This document shows positions 37,582 to 45,453 of a DNA stretch of 56,938 bases, piece by piece; within the stretch, counting starts at the first letter, position 1; each line of letters opens with the position of its first letter. The notes beneath the pieces are model-generated. The model searched no databases, was not told the DNA's origin, and worked only from the letters and a program-made list of their open reading frames with translations. Location: positions 1 through 56,938 of the IMG/VR virus record IMGVR_UViG_3300030107_001272; one strand, given 5' to 3'. This stretch comes from a virus (Duplodnaviria > Caudoviricetes). Position numbers and translations under genes: made by a program.

Positions 37582-37824
37582 ATGATAACACCAGAAAGAC
37601 TAGACTCATGGCGTATTGTGCCTAGAGCATTGATCCTGTCCTACATGGTTGTGTTCTATCAGACATGCAGTTGGTTTATGCATCTACCTGATCCCAATAA
37701 CGCACAGGCAGGGTTTGTGTCTGTCGTTGTGGGGGCAGGTGCAGCTTGGTTTGGACTATACGTGAATGGTGGAAAGTCAAGGGTTGAAGTATCATCTAAA
37801 GTAGAGCAAAGGGAAAATATATAA
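37582..37824 (+). CDS. two-TM membrane protein (holin-like)
   Basis: LDSWRIVPR, two hydrophobic helices, RBS aggag. Confidence 0.6.
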   Translation: MITPERLDSWRIVPRALILSYMVVFYQTCSWFMHLPDPNNAQAGFVSVVVGAGAAWFGLYVNGGKSRVEVSSKVEQRENI

Positions 37825-38108
37825 TGGATAGTAAAAAATTTAATTCGCTTGTAAGAAGTATGACTAAAACAGAAACACAAAAATTACTTGATATGTTATA
37901 TAGAAGAAAATACGATAAAGATGGTAACTTAATTAAACCTAAGATGCCTAAACCTAAGCCGTATAAGCCACCTAAAAACGGTGGCCCTAAGTTTAAAAAA
38001 ATGCCTTGGAAAAGAAAGTACGACAAGGATGGTAAGGAAATTAAACCTGATTTTAAATCGGGAAAACGCTTAATGAATAAAGGTGGTTTAAATAAAAGGG
38101 GAAAATAA
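37824..38108 (+). CDS. basic hypothetical protein
   Basis: RKYDKDG.xIKP twice; ends MNKGGL. Confidence 0.6.
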   Translation: MDSKKFNSLVRSMTKTETQKLLDMLYRRKYDKDGNLIKPKMPKPKPYKPPKNGGPKFKKMPWKRKYDKDGKEIKPDFKSGKRLMNKGGLNKRGK

Positions 38109-38109
38109 T

Positions 38110-38250
38110 ATGTGGGGAAGAGTAATGAATTTTTTTAGCTCACGTGGTGAGGGTACTGCGTGGGATTTAGATTACGGCAAACTTATAATCATAGGTTTAT
38201 GTATATACATAGCTGTAATGGTTAGTGGTTGTCATTCAATAGGTGCTTAA
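38110..38250 (+). CDS. 46-aa membrane peptide (not in the ORF track)
   Basis: MWGRVMNFFSSRGEGTAWDLDYGKLIIIGLCIYIAVMVSGCHSIGA; fills the gap and is TAATG-coupled. Confidence 0.55.
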   Translation: MWGRVMNFFSSRGEGTAWDLDYGKLIIIGLCIYIAVMVSGCHSIGA

Positions 38251-38462
38251 TGGATAGTATGAAACATATAACAGTAATGATTCTCGCAATAGGACTTATG
38301 AGTTTACTAGGTCTTATTGTTGTCGATGAGTTTATGATGGCTGCAGAGCATGGTGGTAAGTTTGACGAGGGCATCTTAGCTCTATTAAACAATGCTCTCG
38401 TAGGCGTTGTAGGTATTGTGGCAGGGTATGTCACAGGTAGTAAATCGTGTAATTGCAAATAG
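38250..38462 (+). CDS. two-TM membrane protein
   Basis: Two hydrophobic helices; probable ATG at 38250. Confidence 0.6.
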   Translation: MDSMKHITVMILAIGLMSLLGLIVVDEFMMAAEHGGKFDEGILALLNNALVGVVGIVAGYVTGSKSCNCK

Positions 38463-38470
38463 GAGAAATT

Positions 38471-38710
38471 ATGGCAGATACTAAAGTGGATATTGAAATC
38501 TCTGATGAGATGAAATTAGAAAAAGAAATAGAGGAAAAGCAGAAACAGCTACATGAACTTAGGTATGGTGATATGGAAAGGGCTTATAAAGAGTTTGAAG
38601 AAGCCAGAGATATTGCGATAAAGAAGTACAATGTATGGAAACAGGCTGCCTTGAAACATGGACAAGCTCCTAAAAACATGCTAGTCTATTTTAATACGTG
38701 GAGTATATAA
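38471..38710 (+). CDS. hypothetical coiled-coil protein
   Basis: ATG at 38471 after RBS aggag. Confidence 0.6.
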   Translation: MADTKVDIEISDEMKLEKEIEEKQKQLHELRYGDMERAYKEFEEARDIAIKKYNVWKQAALKHGQAPKNMLVYFNTWSI

Positions 38711-38814
38711 TGATAAAATCCCCCAATTGGCCTTATGCAATTCCTTGTCCGTCTTGCGAAACTTATAAGGAATGCAGAGATAATACTAAATGTATAAAAT
38801 ACGATAAGGAGTAA
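38710..38814 (+). CDS. 34-aa four-Cys peptide (not in the ORF track)
   Basis: MIKSPNWPYAIPCPSCETYKECRDNTKCIKYDKE; TAATG-coupled. Confidence 0.5.
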   Translation: MIKSPNWPYAIPCPSCETYKECRDNTKCIKYDKE

Positions 38815-38816
38815 GT

Positions 38817-38999
38817 ATGCCTTCTGTTAAAAAAAGTAGCGTAAATAAAGCAGGTAATTATACAAAACCTAGTATGCGAAAGACTCTTTTTAATAAAATT
38901 AAAGCAGGTACAAAGGGAGGTAATGCAGGGCAGTGGTCTGCACGTAAAGCACAGATGCTTGCTAAACAGTATAAATCAAAAGGCGGTGGTTACAAATGA
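38817..38999 (+). CDS. small basic protein (DUF5872-like N-terminal part)
   Basis: NYTKPSMRK...GQWSARKAQ...GGGYK. Confidence 0.65.
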   Translation: MPSVKKSSVNKAGNYTKPSMRKTLFNKIKAGTKGGNAGQWSARKAQMLAKQYKSKGGGYK

Positions 39000-39166
39000 A
39001 AGTAAAAGCTCCTAAAGGGTATCACTGGATGAAACAGGCAGGTAGTAACTATAAGTTAATGAAACATACAGGTGCATTCACAGCGCATAAAGGAGCAAGC
39101 TTAACAGCTAACTTCCCTATTCAAAAGGTACACAGTGGCACTAGCAAAAAGTCAAAAAAGTCTTAA
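38996..39166 (+). CDS. 56-aa basic protein (not in the ORF track)
   Basis: Starts MKVKAPKGYHWMK; ATGA overlap with the upstream gene. Confidence 0.6.
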   Translation: MKVKAPKGYHWMKQAGSNYKLMKHTGAFTAHKGASLTANFPIQKVHSGTSKKSKKS

Positions 39167-39371
39167 AGATTGGGGTAAGCAAAAATGGAGAACTTCTTCT
39201 GGTAAACCCTCAAAGGGCAAGAGAAGGTATCTTCCTGATGCTGCTTGGAAGTCTTTATCTGCATCTGAAAAGGCTGCAACAAATAGAGCTAAAGCTAAAG
39301 GTGGTAAGGCAGGTAAACAGTTTGTTAAACAACCTAAGAGCATTGCAAAGAAAACTGCGAGACATAGATGA
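39135..39371 (+). CDS. small basic protein (DUF5872-like C-terminal part)
   Basis: SQKSLKDWGKQKWRT...RYLP...GKQFV. Confidence 0.65.
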   Translation: MALAKSQKSLKDWGKQKWRTSSGKPSKGKRRYLPDAAWKSLSASEKAATNRAKAKGGKAGKQFVKQPKSIAKKTARHR

Positions 39372-39655
39372 CAAAAAAGGGTAGCATGAAAGGACACACG
39401 ATTGGTGGTGGACAGAAACGCCCCACTAAGTCTGGTGCAGGTATGACTGCAAAAGGTGTTGCAAAGTATCGTAGGGATAACCCAGGCTCAAAGTTAAAGA
39501 CTGCTGTAACTGGTAGTCCAAAAAAAGGCAGTAAAGATGCTAAAAGAAGAAAGTCGTATTGCGCTAGATCTGCAGGACAGATGAAACAATTTCCTAAAGC
39601 TGCCAAAGATCCTAACAGTAGATTACGTCAAGCACGAAAGAGATGGAAATGTTAA
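39368..39655 (+). CDS. basic conserved phage protein (DUF6321-like)
   Basis: GMTAKGV...NPGSKLK...RRKSYCARS...ARKRWKC. Confidence 0.6.
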   Translation: MTKKGSMKGHTIGGGQKRPTKSGAGMTAKGVAKYRRDNPGSKLKTAVTGSPKKGSKDAKRRKSYCARSAGQMKQFPKAAKDPNSRLRQARKRWKC

Positions 39656-39800
39656 CATTTTTTGTTATATTAATGTATGTTGCACTTGTTTATAACTTAG
39701 TAGCTTTATTATGGATTTCAGATGAATAAACTTATTGCATGGTTAGATAAACTGTTTTCTAAGAAGACAGTAGCTTACCTATCAGGTAAAAGAAAATAAA

Positions 39801-40166
39801 ATGTTAGGCGGTTTAACACAACTATTAGGTTCAGTCGGTGGGCTTGCAACATCTTGGATAGATGGTAAGACTGCAGTTCAAAAGGCTGAAGCACAGATTC
39901 GTATGAAGGAAGCAACAGGCGAAATTGATTGGGAGCTTGCTGCTATAAGAGCGACACAAAATTCGTGGAAAGATGAATGGTTAACTATAATTTTTACACT
40001 ACCATTAATCCTTTCATTCTGTGGCGATTGGGGAAGACAGATCGTGCATGATGGGTTTCTTTCGTTGCAGCAGATGCCTGATTGGTATCAAATAAGTTTG
40101 GGGGCGATAGTGGCCGCATCGTTTGGGATACGATCTGTGAGTAAGTTTTTTGGTAGAAGAAAGTAA
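39801..40166 (+). CDS. holin (GTA 3TM holin-like)
   Basis: SWKDEW motif, TM helices, PDWY...ASFGIR; lies next to the endolysin. Confidence 0.7.
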   Translation: MLGGLTQLLGSVGGLATSWIDGKTAVQKAEAQIRMKEATGEIDWELAAIRATQNSWKDEWLTIIFTLPLILSFCGDWGRQIVHDGFLSLQQMPDWYQISLGAIVAASFGIRSVSKFFGRRK

Positions 40167-40264
40167 AAAACATTATATACGTTATAGGCAAGATTACATA
40201 GGCAATAGGAGATACCCACTAGAAAGCTTGAAGCACACAAGTCAGTGGGCAAAGAAAAGGAAAG

Positions 40265-40744
40265 ATGAACATGAGTTATACATTAAGTTCAAGAAGCTTG
40301 AGCAAATTAGAAGGCGTACACGAATACTTAGTGAGTATCGTAAAAGAAGCGATAACCCTGACTAAGGTTGATTTTGGAGTGATCTGCGGCCCCCGGACAA
40401 AAAGTGAACAGGCTGCTCTCGTTAAGTCGGGAGCTTCACAAACAATGAATAGCCGCCACCTACCCCAAGCATCAACAGGTAAATCACACGCTGTAGATCT
40501 TATGGCTTATTGTGGATCAAGGGCAAGTTGGGAGTTGAATCTTTACGATGACATAGCTGACGCAATCAAAGCCGCCGCTGTTACGCAAGGACATCCTGTA
40601 ACATGGGGTGGTGCGTGGCATAAGAAGTTAAATGATTGGGATGGTAGCTCTGTGGATTTAATGAATGAGTATATAGATACAAGACGTAGCCAAGGCAGAA
40701 AACCCTTTATAGATGGGCCGCATTTTCAACTTGAAATAAACTAA
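40265..40744 (+). CDS. endolysin, M15 family (L-Ala-D-Glu peptidase-like)
   Basis: LSSRS..KLEGVH, SRH, HAVD, WGG.W, DGPHFQL. Confidence 0.88.
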   Translation: MNMSYTLSSRSLSKLEGVHEYLVSIVKEAITLTKVDFGVICGPRTKSEQAALVKSGASQTMNSRHLPQASTGKSHAVDLMAYCGSRASWELNLYDDIADAIKAAAVTQGHPVTWGGAWHKKLNDWDGSSVDLMNEYIDTRRSQGRKPFIDGPHFQLEIN

Positions 40745-40956
40745 TGTGGATGCCCATAATACTAGTATGTACCGCACCGTATGTACAATCTTGTAATATT
40801 ATTACAGGTCTGGAATTGTTAAGGGATCAGAACACATGTTTTGCTGAAGCAAGTAATAAAGCTACGCTTCTACTAGAACGCCCTAATATTTTTATGGCTA
40901 AACCTGCGTGTCAGATTCTTCCCACAACAATTAAAGAAAAAGAAATGGATATATAA
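40744..40956 (+). CDS. small secreted-type Cys protein
   Basis: Hydrophobic N-terminus, four Cys, coupled starts and stops. Confidence 0.55.
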   Translation: MWMPIILVCTAPYVQSCNIITGLELLRDQNTCFAEASNKATLLLERPNIFMAKPACQILPTTIKEKEMDI

Positions 40957-41327
40957 TGGCTAGACAGTTAACTGAAAAACAACAACGCTTTCTTGATGTA
41001 TTATTTGAAGAAGCAGGTGGTAGTGTTGTAACTGCAAAGAAGCTTGCAGGATATTCTGAAGGAAGTAGTACAACAGATATTACTAGAGGTTTAAAGGAAG
41101 AAATACTAGAAGCTACACAAATGTATTTAGCACGTAATGCACCCCAAGCTGCTGTTGCTATTGCAAGTAGTTTATCTGATCCGACACAACTAGGTATAAG
41201 AGATAGACTCTCAGCAGCTAAAGAACTATTAGATCGTACAGGTTTAATTAAAACAGAGAAGGTGCAGGTTGAAACAAGTGGCGGTGTCGTACTGATGCCA
41301 CCTAAGAATAGTGAAGATAATGAATAG
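40956..41327 (+). CDS. terS: terminase small subunit
   Basis: LTEKQQRFL...AGYS...AAKELLDRTG. Confidence 0.75.
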   Translation: MARQLTEKQQRFLDVLFEEAGGSVVTAKKLAGYSEGSSTTDITRGLKEEILEATQMYLARNAPQAAVAIASSLSDPTQLGIRDRLSAAKELLDRTGLIKTEKVQVETSGGVVLMPPKNSEDNE

Positions 41328-41712
41328 ATCACTAGGGCGTTGGAAGTTACCACAGCCTACCGATATTAAAGAAGACAATGAGTGGCAACCAATACCCCGA
41401 ATAGCCAGAACTATACCCTTTGGGTATGTACAGGATGATAAAGATTCTGAATTATTAATACCTGTACCTGAACAATTAGATAAGTTAGAAATGGCTAGGA
41501 AGTATGTAGACCAGTATTCATATCGTGAAGTAGCAAACTGGTTGAGTACACAGACAGATAGATACATTTCTCATGTAGGATTAAGAAAAAGATTACAACA
41601 TGAACGACAGCGTAAGAACAAAGCTAGAAGCCTACGCAAGTGGGCAGAGTATGCAGAAGAGGCAATCGCCAAAGCGAAGAAACTCGAAACGCAAAGAACA
41701 GGTGCAACCTAA
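41311..41712 (+). CDS. conserved DNA-binding protein
   Basis: RTIPFGY and SYREVANWL...ISHVGL (HTH-like); lies between terS and terL. Confidence 0.55.
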   Translation: MKIMNRSLGRWKLPQPTDIKEDNEWQPIPRIARTIPFGYVQDDKDSELLIPVPEQLDKLEMARKYVDQYSYREVANWLSTQTDRYISHVGLRKRLQHERQRKNKARSLRKWAEYAEEAIAKAKKLETQRTGAT

Positions 41713-43159
41713 AAAACAAGTAACCCCTGTTATACAAAGGGAAAGACTTGAAACTGAAGAAAATCATAATGTGATATTTAAACCTAATGCAGGGCCACAA
41801 ACAGATTTTCTAGCATCAAGCGAAAGAGAAGTTCTTTATGGCGGCTCGGCAGGTGGCGGCAAGAGTTACGCAATGTTAGCTGATCCATTAAGATACTTAC
41901 AACATAGATCTTTTAGTGGATTACTTTTGAGACATACAACAGAAGAATTACGAGAGCTTGTGTGGAAATCACAAGAACTATACCCTAAAGTTATACCAAA
42001 CATAAAATGGTCAGAGAGAAAAATGCAATGGGTTACACCGTCAGGTGGTAGATTGTGGTTCTCTTATTTAGATAGAGAGGAAGACGTATTACGTTATCAA
42101 GGTTTAGCATTTACATGGATAGGATTTGATGAACTTACTCAGTGGCCTACTCCTTTTGCATGGAACTACTTACGTTCTCGTTTACGTACTGCTAGTTCTG
42201 ATCTTCCAATTTATATGAGAGCAACAACAAACCCAGGAGGTAGAGGACATCATTGGGTTAAAAAGATGTTTATAGACCCTGCACCTGCAGGTAAACCCTT
42301 TGAAGCTACAGATATTGAATCAAATGAAACGCTTAGATATCCAAAAGGACATTCAAAAGAAGGGCAAGCTTTATTTAAACGAAGGTTTATTCCTGCGAGA
42401 TTATCTGATAATCCTTATCTTGCAGAACAAGGTGATTATGAGTCTATGCTCTTGTCCTTGCCTGAACAACAAAGAAGACAACTCCTTGATGGAGATTGGG
42501 ATATTAAGGAAGGTGCAGCATTTACAGAGTTTGACCGCAACATTCATGTCATTGAGCCTTTCGATATACCTCATAATTGGACACGGTTTAGGTCATGTGA
42601 CTACGGATACGGAAGTAAATCAGCAGTTGTATGGTTTGCTGTTTCTCCTGACGAGCAACTTATTGTATATAGGGAATTGTATGTTTCTAAAGTACTAGCT
42701 ACAGATTTAGCAGATATGGTACTGGAGGCAGAACAAGATGACGGAACTATGCGTTACGGTGTGCTTGATTCTTCTCTTTGGCATAAGCGTGGCGATACTG
42801 GCCCATCGCTCGCAGAACAGATGATCCAAAGAGGTTGTAGATGGCGGCCATCCGATAGAAGTAAGGGAAGTAGAGTGGCAGGTAAGAACGAAATACATAG
42901 ACGATTACAGGTAGATGATTTTACAGAAGAACCTAGATTAGTATTCTTTAATAACTGTACTAACATTGTATCTCAACTTCCCTCAATACCTTTAGATAAA
43001 AAGAATCCTGAAGATATAGACACATTATCAGAAGACCACTTGTATGATGCTTTAAGATATGGTATAATGTCAAGACCTAGGTTTAGTATATTTGATTATA
43101 ATCCTACTTCTGGGCCTCAAAATAAAATGCCAGTAGCAGATACAACATTTGGTTATTAG
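41600..43159 (+). CDS. terL: terminase large subunit
   Basis: GGSAGGGKS, IGFDE, TTNPGG, DYG, DHLYDALRY. Confidence 0.95.
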   Translation: MNDSVRTKLEAYASGQSMQKRQSPKRRNSKRKEQVQPKKQVTPVIQRERLETEENHNVIFKPNAGPQTDFLASSEREVLYGGSAGGGKSYAMLADPLRYLQHRSFSGLLLRHTTEELRELVWKSQELYPKVIPNIKWSERKMQWVTPSGGRLWFSYLDREEDVLRYQGLAFTWIGFDELTQWPTPFAWNYLRSRLRTASSDLPIYMRATTNPGGRGHHWVKKMFIDPAPAGKPFEATDIESNETLRYPKGHSKEGQALFKRRFIPARLSDNPYLAEQGDYESMLLSLPEQQRRQLLDGDWDIKEGAAFTEFDRNIHVIEPFDIPHNWTRFRSCDYGYGSKSAVVWFAVSPDEQLIVYRELYVSKVLATDLADMVLEAEQDDGTMRYGVLDSSLWHKRGDTGPSLAEQMIQRGCRWRPSDRSKGSRVAGKNEIHRRLQVDDFTEEPRLVFFNNCTNIVSQLPSIPLDKKNPEDIDTLSEDHLYDALRYGIMSRPRFSIFDYNPTSGPQNKMPVADTTFGY

Positions 43160-43172
43160 TTAAGGAAATAAT

Positions 43173-45305
43173 ATGGCTGATGAAAAAGACAATATAATGA
43201 TAGATGATGAAGCTATTGCTATTGGCGATTCACCTAACGAAGATAGAAATATACAGAATATTATTTCTTTTGTTTTAGAAAAATATAAAAAAGCAGAAGA
43301 CTATAGACAAACTGATGAACAACGATGGCTTAAAGCATATAGAAACTATAGGGGTCTATACGGATCGGATGTTCAATTTACTGAAGCAGAAAAGTCGAGA
43401 GTCTTTATTAAAGTAACAAAAACAAAAACATTAGCGGCGTATGGACAAATTGTTGAAGTACTGTTCGCTAATAACAAATTTCCATTATCTATTGATCCTA
43501 CGGTACTTCCCGAAGGAGTTGTAGGTGATGTACATTTTGATGCAAAAAAACCTGAACAGTTAAAAAATAATGACGAGATGGAAAGCCCTTATGGTTTTGC
43601 AGGAGATGGCAAAGATATACCTAAAGGTGCAACACAAGATAGTTTAATGGAAATGCTTGGCCCATTAAAAGATGATCTTAAAGGAATAGAAAGTCTAGAA
43701 GAAGGTGCAGGAAAATCTCCTAGTGCTGCTACGTTTAGTCCTGCTATGGTAGCGGCTAAACAGATGCAAAAAAAGATACACGATCAACTTGAAGAGTCAG
43801 GAGCAACTAAGCATCTAAGAAGTACCGCATTTGAAATGGCTCTATTTGGTACAGGGATAATGAAAGGCCCATTTGCTATAGATAAAGAATATCCTAATTG
43901 GGATGAAAGTGGTGATTATAGCCCTAAGTTTAAAACAATGCCACAACTATCGCACGTATCGGTTTGGAACTTTTATCCTGATCCAGATGCTAATAACATG
44001 GATGAAGCTCAATACGTTATTGAAAGACATAAAATGTCACGTAGCCAAGTGCGTTCATTAAAAAAGCGACCACACTTTAGGGCTTCAGCTATTGATAGTT
44101 GTATAGAAATGGGAGAAAATTACGATAGAGAATATTGGGAAAGCGATTTAGCCGACTATTCTTTAGAGCATAATATAGATAGATTTGAAGTGCTAGAGTA
44201 TTGGGGTACAGTTGATACTGATCTTATTAAAGAACAGGGCATTACTGTACCTAAAGAATTAGAAGCGTTTGATGAGTTGCAAGCTAATGTTTGGATATGT
44301 AATGAAAAGGTATTAAGGTTTGTATTAAATCCATTTAAACCTGTACGTGTTCCCTATATGGCTGCACCGTATGAATTAAATCCTTATAGTTTCTTTGGAA
44401 TAGGCATAGCAGAAAATATGGATGATACGCAAACTCTTATGAATGGTTTTATGCGTATGGCTGTAGACAATGCTGTACTATCAGGTAATTTATTAATTGA
44501 GATTGACGAGACTAATTTAGTTCCCGGTCAAGATTTAAGTGTATATCCTGGTAAAGTTTTTAGAAGACAAGGTGGCGCACCTGGTCAGGCTATCTTTGGA
44601 ACAAAATTTCCTAATGTATCAAACGAAAACCTACAGCTATTTGACAAGGCTAGAGTATTAGCAGATGAATCTACAGGTTTTCCTTCTTTTGCACATGGAC
44701 AGACAGGTGTATCGGGCGTAGGTAGAACAGCCAGTGGTATCTCTATGCTTATGAATGCAGCTACTGGTAGTATTAAAACGGTTATAAAGAATATAGATGA
44801 CTACATGCTCAAACCAATAGGCGAAGGTTTTTTTCAATTTAATATGCAGTTTGACTTTGATCCTGAAATAAGAGGGGATTTAGAAGTGAATGCAAGAGGA
44901 ACAGAAAGTCTTATGGCTAACGAGGTGCGTAGTCAAAGACTAATGCAGTTCTTACAAGTTGCTTCTAACCCTGCACTTGCTCCCTTTGCTAAGATGGATT
45001 ATATTATCCGTGAGATTGCAAAGGCTATGGATCTTGATCCTGATAAGGTAGCTAATGATATGAGAGAAGCTGCCATACAAGCAGAACTTATGAAAGCTTT
45101 CCAACAACAACAACCCCCACAACAAGGCGCACCTGCAGGTGCAGATGCTATGGATACCTCTGGAGCAGGGGGTGGAAATATAGGTGTAGGACAAGCTCCT
45201 ACGCCAAATGAACAAGGATTTACAGGAAATGCACAACAAGGAGCAGCTACTCAATCGCCTCAAGGTGGTGGTCAACAATCCCCAACAGTGGGAAGTGTTC
45301 AATAA
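43173..45305 (+). CDS. portal protein
   Basis: 710 aa following terL; FGTGIMK, FYPDP, TASGISML; Q/G-rich tail. Confidence 0.85.
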   Translation: MADEKDNIMIDDEAIAIGDSPNEDRNIQNIISFVLEKYKKAEDYRQTDEQRWLKAYRNYRGLYGSDVQFTEAEKSRVFIKVTKTKTLAAYGQIVEVLFANNKFPLSIDPTVLPEGVVGDVHFDAKKPEQLKNNDEMESPYGFAGDGKDIPKGATQDSLMEMLGPLKDDLKGIESLEEGAGKSPSAATFSPAMVAAKQMQKKIHDQLEESGATKHLRSTAFEMALFGTGIMKGPFAIDKEYPNWDESGDYSPKFKTMPQLSHVSVWNFYPDPDANNMDEAQYVIERHKMSRSQVRSLKKRPHFRASAIDSCIEMGENYDREYWESDLADYSLEHNIDRFEVLEYWGTVDTDLIKEQGITVPKELEAFDELQANVWICNEKVLRFVLNPFKPVRVPYMAAPYELNPYSFFGIGIAENMDDTQTLMNGFMRMAVDNAVLSGNLLIEIDETNLVPGQDLSVYPGKVFRRQGGAPGQAIFGTKFPNVSNENLQLFDKARVLADESTGFPSFAHGQTGVSGVGRTASGISMLMNAATGSIKTVIKNIDDYMLKPIGEGFFQFNMQFDFDPEIRGDLEVNARGTESLMANEVRSQRLMQFLQVASNPALAPFAKMDYIIREIAKAMDLDPDKVANDMREAAIQAELMKAFQQQQPPQQGAPAGADAMDTSGAGGGNIGVGQAPTPNEQGFTGNAQQGAATQSPQGGGQQSPTVGSVQ

Positions 45306-45453
45306 TTACTTAGACTATTTAATTAAACAACAAATTTCTATATTAGAAAGAGAAGAAAAGACTACTTTAATTTATCAAGCGCAAGGTGCAATAGCACAAT
45401 TACGCAGACTTAAACTGTTAAGAGATGAAGTAAATGCAAAAAAACTCGCATAG
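45229..45453 (+). CDS. small conserved post-portal protein
   Basis: IYQAQGAIAQLRRL motif; probable ATG at 45229. Confidence 0.65.
   Translation: MHNKEQLLNRLKVVVNNPQQWEVFNNYLDYLIKQQISILEREEKTTLIYQAQGAIAQLRRLKLLRDEVNAKKLA

Noticed and set aside
40150-40365. 71-aa ORF overlapping holin and endolysin, considered as a spanin
   Set aside because: No TM segment or lipobox; coding status uncertain.
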